From an uncultured Gemmatimonadales bacterium (GTDB lineage: Bacteria; Gemmatimonadota; Gemmatimonadetes; Palauibacterales; Palauibacteraceae), in the NCBI GenBank assembly GCA_963783385.1, contig CAWANJ010000006.1:288001-352000 (forward strand): a stretch of DNA of 64,000 bases. The letters are read 5' to 3'. This document shows positions 29,681 through 38,501 of this stretch, one piece after another; the stretch's first letter is position 1; the number at the start of each line of letters is the position of its first letter. A program made the translations under genes and the position numbers. The notes beneath the pieces were generated by a model. The model did no database searches. It was given only the letters and a program-made list of their open reading frames with translations, and was not told the origin of the DNA.

Positions 29681-31517
29681 TCAGAAACCCTTCGGCCGCT
29701 CCTCCGCCACGTCGGCGGCCCGCTCCATGGCCAGCCCCACGCGGACGAGGGTGCCCTCGTCGAACAGGCGTCCCACCAGGGTGACCCCGTACGGCACACG
29801 GCGCGGCGGGGAGAAGGTCGGCAGCGGATGGTCCGGGTTCGGCGCCCAGTCGCTCCTCGCCTTCGACACCTCCACGAAGCCGGTACGGAGGGTGAGCGAC
29901 GGGTGGCCCGTGTTGTTGGAGATCACCAGCATCTCGTCGCGCAGCGAGGGCACGAGGAGGAGGTCCACCTCCGACATCAGCCGGTCCATCTCGGCCGCTA
30001 CCTTCCGGCGCAGGCGGTCGGCCTGCACGAAGTCCACCGCGGACAGGAAGCGCGACTGGCGGAACAGGTTGGGCCAGGCGTCGGGCACCTGGGCCCGCAT
30101 GTCATCGACCTTCCCGCTCAGGGTGAGCTCCTCGAACGCCGCCGCGGCCTCGGCGAACAGCATCACGTTGAGCCCGTCGTACGGCCAGTCGGGGATCGAC
30201 ACCTCGGTCGGCACGAGGCCCAGCTTCCCGAGCACCTCGAGCGCCGCCCGGTCGACGTCCGTGGCCGGCGGCTCCTCCATCCAGTCCGGGAAGTAGCCGA
30301 CCTTGAGCCCCTTCACCGGCCCGGACGCGTCGTAGTCGAGGCGGGATGGAACGCTGGCCGGGTCGCCGGCGTCGGGGCCGCCGATGGCGCGCAGGACCAG
30401 CATCGTGTCCTCGACGCCGCGCGCGATCGGGCCGAGCTTGTCGAGGGTCCAGCACAGCGTCATGGCGCCCGTCCGCGGCACCCTCCCGTAGGTGGGGCGC
30501 AGCCCGTCCACGCCGCAGCGCATGCACGGGTCGATGATGCTTCCCTGCGTCTCGCTCCCGATCGCGAACCCGACCAGGCCGGCCGCCGTGGCCGAGCCCG
30601 GGCCGGCGCTGGAGCCGCCGGCGCCCTCCTCGGTCAGCCACGGGTTCATGGTCTGGCCGCCGAACCAGAATGTCGTTGAGGGCCAGCGCCCCCATGCTGA
30701 GCTTGGCCACCAGCACGGCGCCGGCCTCGTTCAGGCGGCTGACGACCGCGGCGTCGGCCTCGGGGACCCGGTCCCGGAAGGGCTCGGCCCCGTAGGTGGT
30801 CGGGATCCCGGCCGTGTCGAGGAGGTCCTTGGCCCCCCACGGGATCCCGTGCAGCGGCCCCCGGTACCGGCCGGCGGCGATCTCCCGGTCGGCCCGCTTC
30901 GCCTGCTCGAGCGCGTGGTCCTCGGTGAGCGTGATCACGCACCGCAGCTTCGGGTCGAAGCGCTTCAGGCGCTCCAGGTAGATGCGCGTGAGCCGCTCGG
31001 AGGTGAGCTTTCGGCCCTCGATCCAGCGGGACAGGCGCCACACCGGCGCGAAGGCGATGTCCTCGTCCTTCCCGGGCAGGGAGCCGGGATCGGCGGAGGC
31101 CCGCACGAAGCGGTCACGGGACGGCCCCACCTTCATGCCGGGCAGCACGGGGTCCCACACCGTGGCCGGGGCCAGCGCCTCCTCGAGCGCGATCTTCCGC
31201 GGACCCGTCCGGCGCTCCATGAGCCCGGCCATGGAGGTGCGCCAGCTGTCGGCCGCCATCTGCCGGTGCGCCCCGGTCATCTCGACCCGCGCCAGTTTCT
31301 CCGCCTCGGCGAAGGTGGCCACGGACACCTCGGGACCGGCGGCCGAGGACGTGTTGAAGGCCGGCGTGGCGCCGGGGGTGGTGTCTCCGGCCGCGCCGGC
31401 AGCGGCCTCGGCGGAATCGGCGGAGCCGGGGGCCCCGGATTTCCCGCCGCGGCAGGCGGCGACGAAGCCGGCGAGGCCGACGGGGGCGCGAATGAGGAAC
31501 TGGCGTCGGGTGTTCAT
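29681..31517 (-). CDS. Tat-exported amidase (amidase-signature family), frameshifted at ~30670
   Basis: TRRQFL Tat motif; GPLHGIPWGAKD, GGSSAG, GSETQGSI split over two frames; removing one T restores DIWFGG. Confidence 0.9.
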
Positions 31518-31552
31518 GGATCGTCCACGCTGGAGAATCGGGTAGCGGAGGC

Positions 31553-31774
31553 CTACTCCGGCCGGGCGTAGGACTCCAGGTAGCCGCATCCGGGACACCG
31601 GTATGTCACGACGGGCAGTCGCTCCAGGTCCCGGGTCTTGACGCCGAACCAGAAGCTCCGCTCCGGTTTGCCGGAGGCCCACTCCTCTCGGCGCACCTGG
31701 CCGTAACCGTAATCCGGCCGGTAGCCGGGGTTCATCTCCTTTCGACAGCGGGGGCACTCGTGGGAGTCGATCAC
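31553..31774 (-). CDS. Small zinc-ribbon protein (DUF6487-like)
   Basis: CPRC...M..G...YRCPGCGYLESYA. Confidence 0.75.
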   Translation of the reverse strand: MIDSHECPRCRKEMNPGYRPDYGYGQVRREEWASGKPERSFWFGVKTRDLERLPVVTYRCPGCGYLESYARPE

Positions 31775-31792
31775 TTGACCCTCTCCTGGTTC

Positions 31793-32371
31793 TCAGGCGC
31801 CTCCTGCCTCGGCGAGCGTAGCGCCCTCCGGGATCTCGTCCGGTGGCAGTCCGGAGGCGGCCTCGAGCCGGCCCGTGAAGTTGAAGAAGGAGGCCAGGGC
31901 CGTGATCTCCCAGATGGCGCTCTCGTCCCAACCTGCGGCTCTCAGCTTGTCAATGTCGGTCTCGTCCACGAAGCTCGGGTTCTCGGTCAGCTTGCTGGCA
32001 TAGGAGAGTAAGGCCCGGGTCATCGGGTCCAGGTCGTACTCGGGCCACGTCGTGGCGAACTCGTGGCTCAGGTGCTCATCGCCCGTGAGGCGGCGGACCG
32101 CCGCCGTATGCAGGCCCAGTCAGGGCGCGCCGCCCACCTTTCCGTTGACCACGGTGGCCAGCATCTCCCGCTGCAGTCGACTGAGCGGCGAGGACTTGCG
32201 CAGGTGCAGGTGGCGGTACAGTGCGCCCGCCGGGCCGGCGACGCCGAGGTCGACGGCGAGGACCTGGAACACGCCGGGGATGACCCCGCCGTACTGGCCG
32301 CGAACCCAGCGGTAGAACAGGGCGCGGAGCCCGGTGGCCCGCTCCGGAGCGACGGTCTTGATGTGCGTCAC
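31793..32371 (-). CDS. AhpD / carboxymuconolactone decarboxylase-like peroxidase; putative selenoprotein (UGA at 32122-32120)
   Basis: ORFs 32120..32371 and 31793..32023 share a frame and are separated only by one TGA. Read-through gives LSRLQREMLATVVNGKVGGAP-U-LGLH...RALLSYASKLTENP...ASFFNFTGR (192 aa). Confidence 0.8.
32081..32115 (-). promoter_or_regulatory. Putative bacterial SECIS element
   Basis: UGA CUGG GCCUG CAUAC GGCGGC GGUCC GCCGCC UCA CGGGC: lower and upper stems, with a GGUC-containing apical loop 20 nt after the UGA. Confidence 0.7.
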
Positions 32372-32501
32372 GCGTTCCTCTCTCGGTGCGTGGGAGGCCG
32401 CGGGCCCGGTGGCCGGCGGCGGGGAAATGTGGGATCGGCGGTTCCGGCCGGCAACGCGCTCCGACCTCGAGGCCGGAGACCACGGGCCGAAGCCCGCGGC
32501 G

Positions 32502-32543
32502 TTGACGCTCGCGCCGGAGCTCGTTATACATAGATGACTATGT
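32502..32543 (+). promoter_or_regulatory. Sigma-70 promoter overlapped by a putative PadR operator
   Basis: TTGACG-17bp-TATACA; perfect inverted repeat ACATAG-ATGA-CTATGT (32528-32543) across the -10/+1 region. Confidence 0.65.
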
Positions 32544-32575
32544 GAAGCTGTCTAGGCATGACCGGAGGGAGGCGC

Positions 32576-32911
32576 ATGACACCCCGCGGCAACAACATCC
32601 TCCAGGGAACCCTGGGTCTCCTGGTGCTGCGCACGCTGGAGGCCCGTGGCCCACTCCACGGCTACGCGATCACCTCGGCCATTCACGGGCTCTCGGACGA
32701 GCTCCTCCGCGTCGAAGAGGGCTCGCTCTACCCGGCGCTCCACCGCATGGAGCAGGAGGGGTGGCTCGAGGCCAAGTGGGGCGTCACCGACAAGAACCGA
32801 CGAGCCCGCTTCTACACCATCACCGCCCCCGGCCGGCGGCGGCTCGCGAGGGAGCGGGAGAGCTGGAACCGGCTGACCGAGGGCGTCCGGCGCGTGCTCC
32901 AGTTCGCCTGA
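32576..32911 (+). CDS. PadR family transcriptional regulator (acidobacterial, ADOP-associated type)
   Basis: ILQGTLGLLVL, HGYAI, VEEGSLYPALHR, W....NRRARFY. Confidence 0.95.
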   Translation: MTPRGNNILQGTLGLLVLRTLEARGPLHGYAITSAIHGLSDELLRVEEGSLYPALHRMEQEGWLEAKWGVTDKNRRARFYTITAPGRRRLARERESWNRLTEGVRRVLQFA

Positions 32912-32963
32912 CGACCCCCCGTCCGACCACGACGCCCGGCGCGGACCGGGCTCCGGAGGACTC

Positions 32964-35333
32964 ATGACGTGGCATCGCCGCTGGCTCAACCTGCTGAGCC
33001 CCGGCCGGGTCTGGCGCGACATTGACCGCGAGATGGCCTTCCACCTCGAGGAGCGGGTCGACGAGCTCGTGGCTTCCGGCATGAGCCCCGAACAGGCGCG
33101 GCGTGAAGCCAGGCGCCGGTTCGGCCGCGTCGAGACGATCCGAGGCCGCATCCGAGACGTGGACGTGGTGGGGTGGCTCGAGTCGCTGCTGTTCGACATC
33201 CGGTATGCGCTCAGGGGACTCCGGGCTCATCGGGGCTTCACGGTGGTCGCGGTGGCGTCGCTGGCGCTCGGCATCGGGGCCAACACGGGCATCTTCAGCC
33301 TCATCGACGCCGTGCTCCTGCGCTCCCTGCCGGTGCGGAACCCCGGGGAGATCGTCCGCCTGTCGATGGGGGACGGAACCACCAACTTCACGAACCCCCT
33401 CTGGGAGCAGATCCGCGACCGACAGCACTTCCTCGCCGGGACGGCCGTCCTCAGCCACGACTTCTGGGAGAGGGAATACGGCGGAGCTGGGGACATCGTC
33501 GGCCGGACGCTCTCGCTGGACGGCCATCCCTTCCAGATCGTCGGAGTGGCGCGCCCGGGGTTCTCCGGCATCGACGTGGCCCGACCGGCCAAGATCTTCG
33601 TCCCGCTTTGCACCGCCGCCATCCTCCGACCCGGCCGCGACGTTCTGGACGCGCGGAGCACGTGGTTCCTGAACGTCTTCGGCCGGCTGCGGCCGGGCGA
33701 GACGCTGGCGCAGGCCCGCGCCGGCCTGGCGACCCTCTCCCGGTCCGCCTTGGAGGCGACGGTGCCCCGGGACTGGAGCCCCGCCGAACAGGAGAACTTC
33801 CGGGAGAGAACGCTCACGGCCGAGTCCGCGAGCAACGGCATGTCCCTCCTGCGGAGCCGGTACGACCACGCCCTCTACGTGCTGCTCCTCGTCGTGGGGG
33901 TGGTGCTTCTGATCGCCTGCGCCAACGTGGCGCAGCTCCTCCTGGCCCGGGCCACCGCGCGCAAGCACGAGGTGGCCGTCCGACTCGCACTCGGCGCCGG
34001 TCGGGCCCGGCTGGCACGGCAGACCCTGGTCGAGAGCCTCCTGGTGGCGCTGGCGGGCGCGGGCCTGGGCCTTCTGTTCGCCCGCTGGTCCAGCCGAGTC
34101 CTGGTCGGATTCCTCGCACGGGGAGGGCACGGGGTCCGCCTCGACCTGTCCCTGGACCCCAGGGTGCTCGGCTTCACGGTCGGCGTCGCCGTGGTGACCG
34201 CTCTCCTGTTCGGACTGGCGCCCGTCGTCCGCTCCAACGAGGTCCGTCCAGCGTCGGCCATGCGGGGAACCGGGCGTGGGGTCGTGGGCGACGCACGTCA
34301 CGGCGCCGTTCGCGGGATCGTCGTCGCGCAGGTCGCTCTGTCCTTCGTGCTGGTGGTGGCCGCCGGACTCCTGGTCGGGAGCTTTCGCCGGCTCGACACC
34401 GAGGACCCCGGCTTCCAGCGCCACGGCGTACTGGTGGTGACCGCTGACTGGTCCAACCTGCAACTGTCCGGCGCCGAGCAGCAGGCCTTTCCGCGCCGTC
34501 TCCTCGATCGGATGCGGAGGCTGCCGGGAGTGGCGGTCGCCGGAGCCGCGGAGTTCACGCCCGTGAGCGGCACCTCCTGGAACGAGGTGGTCTCGGCGGA
34601 CGGCCGCGTGCCCGCATCGCCTCGGGACGCGATCCTATGGTTCAACGGGGTGACGGACGGCTACCTGGGCGCGCTCGACACGCGACTGCTCGCCGGCCGG
34701 GACTTCACGCCGGGAGACGACTCCGCCTCCGGGAGGGTGGTGATCCTGAGCCGAACGGCGGCCCATCGCTACTTCGACGAACCCGCGCCTCTGGGCAAGT
34801 CGATCCGGCTGGTCCGACACGACACTTTGGGTGCCTCGCTCCGGATCGTGGGGATCATGGAGGACGCGAAGTACCGCCGCATGGACGAGGAGATGTTGCC
34901 CACGGCGTACGTCCCGCTCGAACAGACGGGCACGGGGTCGACGATCCGGCTGACGCTCCGAGCGGACGGCCCGACGAAGACCCTCATCCCCGAGGTCACC
35001 GAGTCCATGCGCGCCCTGAACCCCGGCATCGCGCTCGAGTTCACCACGCTCGAGGACCAGGTCGCCGCTTCCCTGGCCAGACCCCACCTCCTGGCCACGC
35101 TGTCGGGCTTCTTCGGCGCGCTGGCGCTCCTCCTCGCCGTGATCGGGCTGTACGGCACGATGTCCTACGCCGTGGCCCGCCGCCGCAACGAGATCGGGGT
35201 CCGAATCGCGCTCGGCGCGACCCGGACCCGCATCCTCCGCATGGTGGCGCGCGGCGACCGTGAACCCGATGGTGGCGCTTCGGGAGGAATAGGCGACCGG
35301 CGGGCCGAAGGAGTGTGTGGATGCATGCCCTGA
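32964..35333 (+). pseudogene. ADOP family (duplicated MacB/FtsX) ABC permease, apparently internally deleted and 3'-truncated
   Basis: EMAFHLEE, LALGIGANTGIF, LLIACANVA, RRNEIGVRIALGA. The usual segment between QIRDRQ and AVLSH is missing (~33438), and the family-like sequence stops after RILRMVAR (~35253). Confidence 0.7.
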
Positions 35334-35393
35334 GACCTCCCTGTCCGCTCGGGGAGAGCGTGCATACGGCGAAGGCTCCCGCGGCGGGCCCTT

Positions 35394-35556
35394 GCGATCG
35401 CGGACCTCCGGCCGGGCCATCGCGTGTTCGACATCGGCTGCAAGCGCTGCGAGCTCCTCCGCGAGCTCCGTGACTCGGGCTCCCCGATCGACTTATACCG
35501 GCGTGGACATCGCCGCGGAGAACGTGAGGGCGTGTCGGGAGGCGTGCCCGGATCCT
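35394..35556 (+). pseudogene. Class I SAM methyltransferase fragment
   Basis: Across a frameshift reads DLRPGHRVFDIGCK...PID/YTGVDIAAENVRACRE; no start codon or C-terminus found. Confidence 0.5.
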
Positions 35557-35613
35557 GGAAGGCGTCGGCGGGGCCGGGCGGCGCCGCGTCGATCGCAGGC
35601 GCCTCTTCCCGAC

Positions 35614-38007
35614 TCAGCCCCTCGGGGAGTATTCGGCCGGGGGCGGCCCGGTGACTTCCGCCCGCAGCAGTGCCGCGAGCTCGTCCGCGGGAACCGGCCG
35701 ATTGAAGAAGAAGCCCTGCACCGCGTTGCAGGCGTGCTCGCGCACGTAGTCCGCCTGGTCCCGGGTCTCCACTCCCTGGGCGACGAGGGAAGTTCCCAGG
35801 CTGCGGCCCATCGCGACAATGGCGTCGGTCACCTCGCGCTCCACCCGGTCGCTGCCGGCGGCGCGGATGAAGGTCCGGTCGATCTTGACCATGTCCGCCG
35901 GGATCTGCCGGAGGACCGCGAGGGTGGAGTAGCCCGTCCCGAAGTTGTCGATCGTGATCTTGACACCGACCTCCTTCAGGGCCCTCAGGATCGACAACGT
36001 GCGGTCCGCGTCGCGCGTGAGGACGCTCTCGCACACCTCCAGCTCGAGCAGCTCGGGCGCCATCCCCGTGGCGACCAGCGTGTCGCGGACAGCGTGCACG
36101 AGCCCCTCGTCGAAGAACTGCCGGGCGCCGAGGTTGATCGCCATGGCCAGACGCGGGAGGCCCTCCTCCACCCAGGCCACGCTCTGCCGGCAGGCGGTGG
36201 CGAGCACCCAGCGGCCGATGGGCACCATCAGTCCGGTCTCCTCCGCCAGCGGGATGAACTTCATCGGCTCCACCATGCCCAGCTCGGGATGGCGCCAGCG
36301 TAGCAGCGCCTCCATCCCCGTGATGCGGCTGGTTCGCACGTCCCGGCGCACCTGGTAGTGCAGCTCGAACTCCTGCTTCACCAGCGCCTGGCGCAGGCTG
36401 GCCTCCAGGGCCAGCCGCTCGCGGGTGTGGCTCGTCATGGCGTCCGAATAGAAGCGGATGTCGTTCTTGCCGGCGTCCTTGGCCTGGTACATCGCGATGT
36501 CGGCGTTCTTGAGGAGCGCCTGCTCGTCCTCGCCGTCCCCCGGATAGACGCTCACGCCGATGCTCGCGGTCACCTGGAACTCCTGGCCCAGGATGTCGAC
36601 CGGCTCGCTCAGGGCATCGAGCACCTTCCGGGCGACCGTCGCCGCCTGGCCGGCGTCCTTGAGCTCCGGCAGCAGGATCACGAACTCGTCCCCGCCCATC
36701 CGGGCCACTGTGTCGCTCTCGCGAAGAGTGCCCTCGAGCCGCTCGGCGACCTCGCGGAGGAGCTGGTCGCCCGCCTCGTGACCGAGCGAGTCGTTGACCT
36801 CCTTGAAGCGGTCGAGGTCCAGGAAGAGGACCGCGAGCCGCCGACCGTAGCGCCGAGCCTCGCTGACGTGCCGCTCCACCAGCCGGCTGAGGAGCGAGCG
36901 GTTCGGGAGGCCCGTGAGCCCGTCGTGATAGGCCAGGTGCTCGACGCGGCGCCCGTAGGCGATTCGAACCTCGCTCTCCCGCTCCCGCAGCCGGACGATC
37001 TTCCAGTTGAGGCGGCCCACGACGGCGAGGACGAAAACGAGGAGCAGGCTGACGCCGGCGGCGCGCCACCGGTAGAGACGGGCCAGTGACGCCGCGGGCG
37101 CCATCCGCTCCTCCTCGGACAGCCCGACGACGACGGCCAGGGGCAGGCCATAGAGGTCGCGGGCGCTCGTGAACCGCGGAACGCCGTCCGGCGCCTCCCC
37201 GGAGAGCCGGACCTCGGCTTCCCCGGTCTCGCCTTCGGGGACGATCGAGGCGAAGTCGACGTGCTCCCCGGCCGAGACGCGGTCGCCGGTGCGGAGGACG
37301 CGGAAGTCCCCGTCCGAGCCGAGCACGCCCAGGAGGCCGTGCTGGCCGACAGCGGTCGTATCGTAGCCGCTTACGAAGAAGCTCGCATCGACGCCGACGA
37401 CGGCGACGCCTCCGTAGGACCCGTCGGTAGCGGTGAGCCGCCGGGCGAAGCGCAATCGCCACTCTCCGGCGCCCTCCCGCCGAACGGAGCGGCCGACGGC
37501 CAGCGTGTCGGCCGCGCGGGCCGCCCGGAAGACCTCGTCGTCGGCCAGGCTGGCCGGTCCTCCGCCCACGTCGCTGGCCGTGACGGTCCCGTCCGGCCCC
37601 GTCACGCTGACCGTGAAGACCAGGGACGGGGGCAGCAGGCCACGGGCGCGGAGATCACGGAGGGCAGCGTTCCCGCTTCCCCGCAGACGGTAGGCGTATT
37701 GCACGGACTTGAGGGTCCGGTCGATCTCGCGGACCACCCGCACCACCTGAGCCTCGTACGTGTTGAGGTTGTCGCGGGTCGCGGCCACGGCCGCCGCCCG
37801 GGCGTTCGAGCGCTCCACGTCGATCCGGTTGAGCGTGGCGAACCACACGACCGTGAGCACCGCGACCCCGATGAGCGAGAACAGCGCGGGCGGGGCCGAG
37901 CGCCGCTGGAGCCACCCGCGCGGCCGGTCGTCGGCCGGGACGAGCGACGCGGCCGGCTCGGAGGACGAGCCGGCGCCGCCGGTCGGTCGATCGCGCCCGT
38001 CGCTCAT
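35614..38007 (-). CDS. Membrane Cache-GGDEF-EAL protein (diguanylate cyclase with degenerate EAL)
   Basis: Two TM segments around a periplasmic domain; RESD I-site and GGDEF; EAL domain with DNFGTG and AQGVE. Confidence 0.92.
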   Translation of the reverse strand: MSDGRDRPTGGAGSSSEPAASLVPADDRPRGWLQRRSAPPALFSLIGVAVLTVVWFATLNRIDVERSNARAAAVAATRDNLNTYEAQVVRVVREIDRTLKSVQYAYRLRGSGNAALRDLRARGLLPPSLVFTVSVTGPDGTVTASDVGGGPASLADDEVFRAARAADTLAVGRSVRREGAGEWRLRFARRLTATDGSYGGVAVVGVDASFFVSGYDTTAVGQHGLLGVLGSDGDFRVLRTGDRVSAGEHVDFASIVPEGETGEAEVRLSGEAPDGVPRFTSARDLYGLPLAVVVGLSEEERMAPAASLARLYRWRAAGVSLLLVFVLAVVGRLNWKIVRLRERESEVRIAYGRRVEHLAYHDGLTGLPNRSLLSRLVERHVSEARRYGRRLAVLFLDLDRFKEVNDSLGHEAGDQLLREVAERLEGTLRESDTVARMGGDEFVILLPELKDAGQAATVARKVLDALSEPVDILGQEFQVTASIGVSVYPGDGEDEQALLKNADIAMYQAKDAGKNDIRFYSDAMTSHTRERLALEASLRQALVKQEFELHYQVRRDVRTSRITGMEALLRWRHPELGMVEPMKFIPLAEETGLMVPIGRWVLATACRQSVAWVEEGLPRLAMAINLGARQFFDEGLVHAVRDTLVATGMAPELLELEVCESVLTRDADRTLSILRALKEVGVKITIDNFGTGYSTLAVLRQIPADMVKIDRTFIRAAGSDRVEREVTDAIVAMGRSLGTSLVAQGVETRDQADYVREHACNAVQGFFFNRPVPADELAALLRAEVTGPPPAEYSPRG

Positions 38008-38501
38008 TGGATCTCGACCGCGTGAACGCTGACGTCGAGCTGGCGGCGCTCCAGGTAGCCGATCGCGCCCGGAGTGCGGGCCACGAGCTTTCTCAAGGCG
38101 ACGCCGTCGGGCACTTCGCGGGGGGGCTCGCCGCGGCCCGTGAAGATGATCCTGGACCAGTGCGCCTTGACCTCCGCCAGCGTCCGCCCCAGGTACGTCG
38201 CGTAGAAGGTGGCCCGGTCCGGCGACCCCGGCGCCTGATCGATCGGCTCGGCCTGCCTGCCGTCGGCGAACCGGCTCGTCCGCCCCAGGTACAGGTCCTG
38301 TAGCCGCAGCCGGTCCATCCGGATCAGGGGATTGTCGGCCGAGACCACCACGACCAGGGAGTCCGGTGGAGGCGCGCCCGACGGGGCGGCCGCCGGTCCC
38401 GGCATCAGGGTCGGGGCCAGGAGGAGCATCGCGGCCGCGATCCGCGCTCGTGGCCGGATCGGGGGCCTCGCCTCGCGCCGGCACCACGCCCGGAGATTCA
38501 T
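38004..38501 (-). CDS. Small periplasmic protein of the phosphate-ABC-SBP-like family
   Basis: Signal peptide; LVVVVSADNP, LYLGR, WSRIIFTGRGEPP, PGAIGY; overlaps both neighbours. Confidence 0.85.
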   Translation of the reverse strand: MNLRAWCRREARPPIRPRARIAAAMLLLAPTLMPGPAAAPSGAPPPDSLVVVVSADNPLIRMDRLRLQDLYLGRTSRFADGRQAEPIDQAPGSPDRATFYATYLGRTLAEVKAHWSRIIFTGRGEPPREVPDGVALRKLVARTPGAIGYLERRQLDVSVHAVEIQ

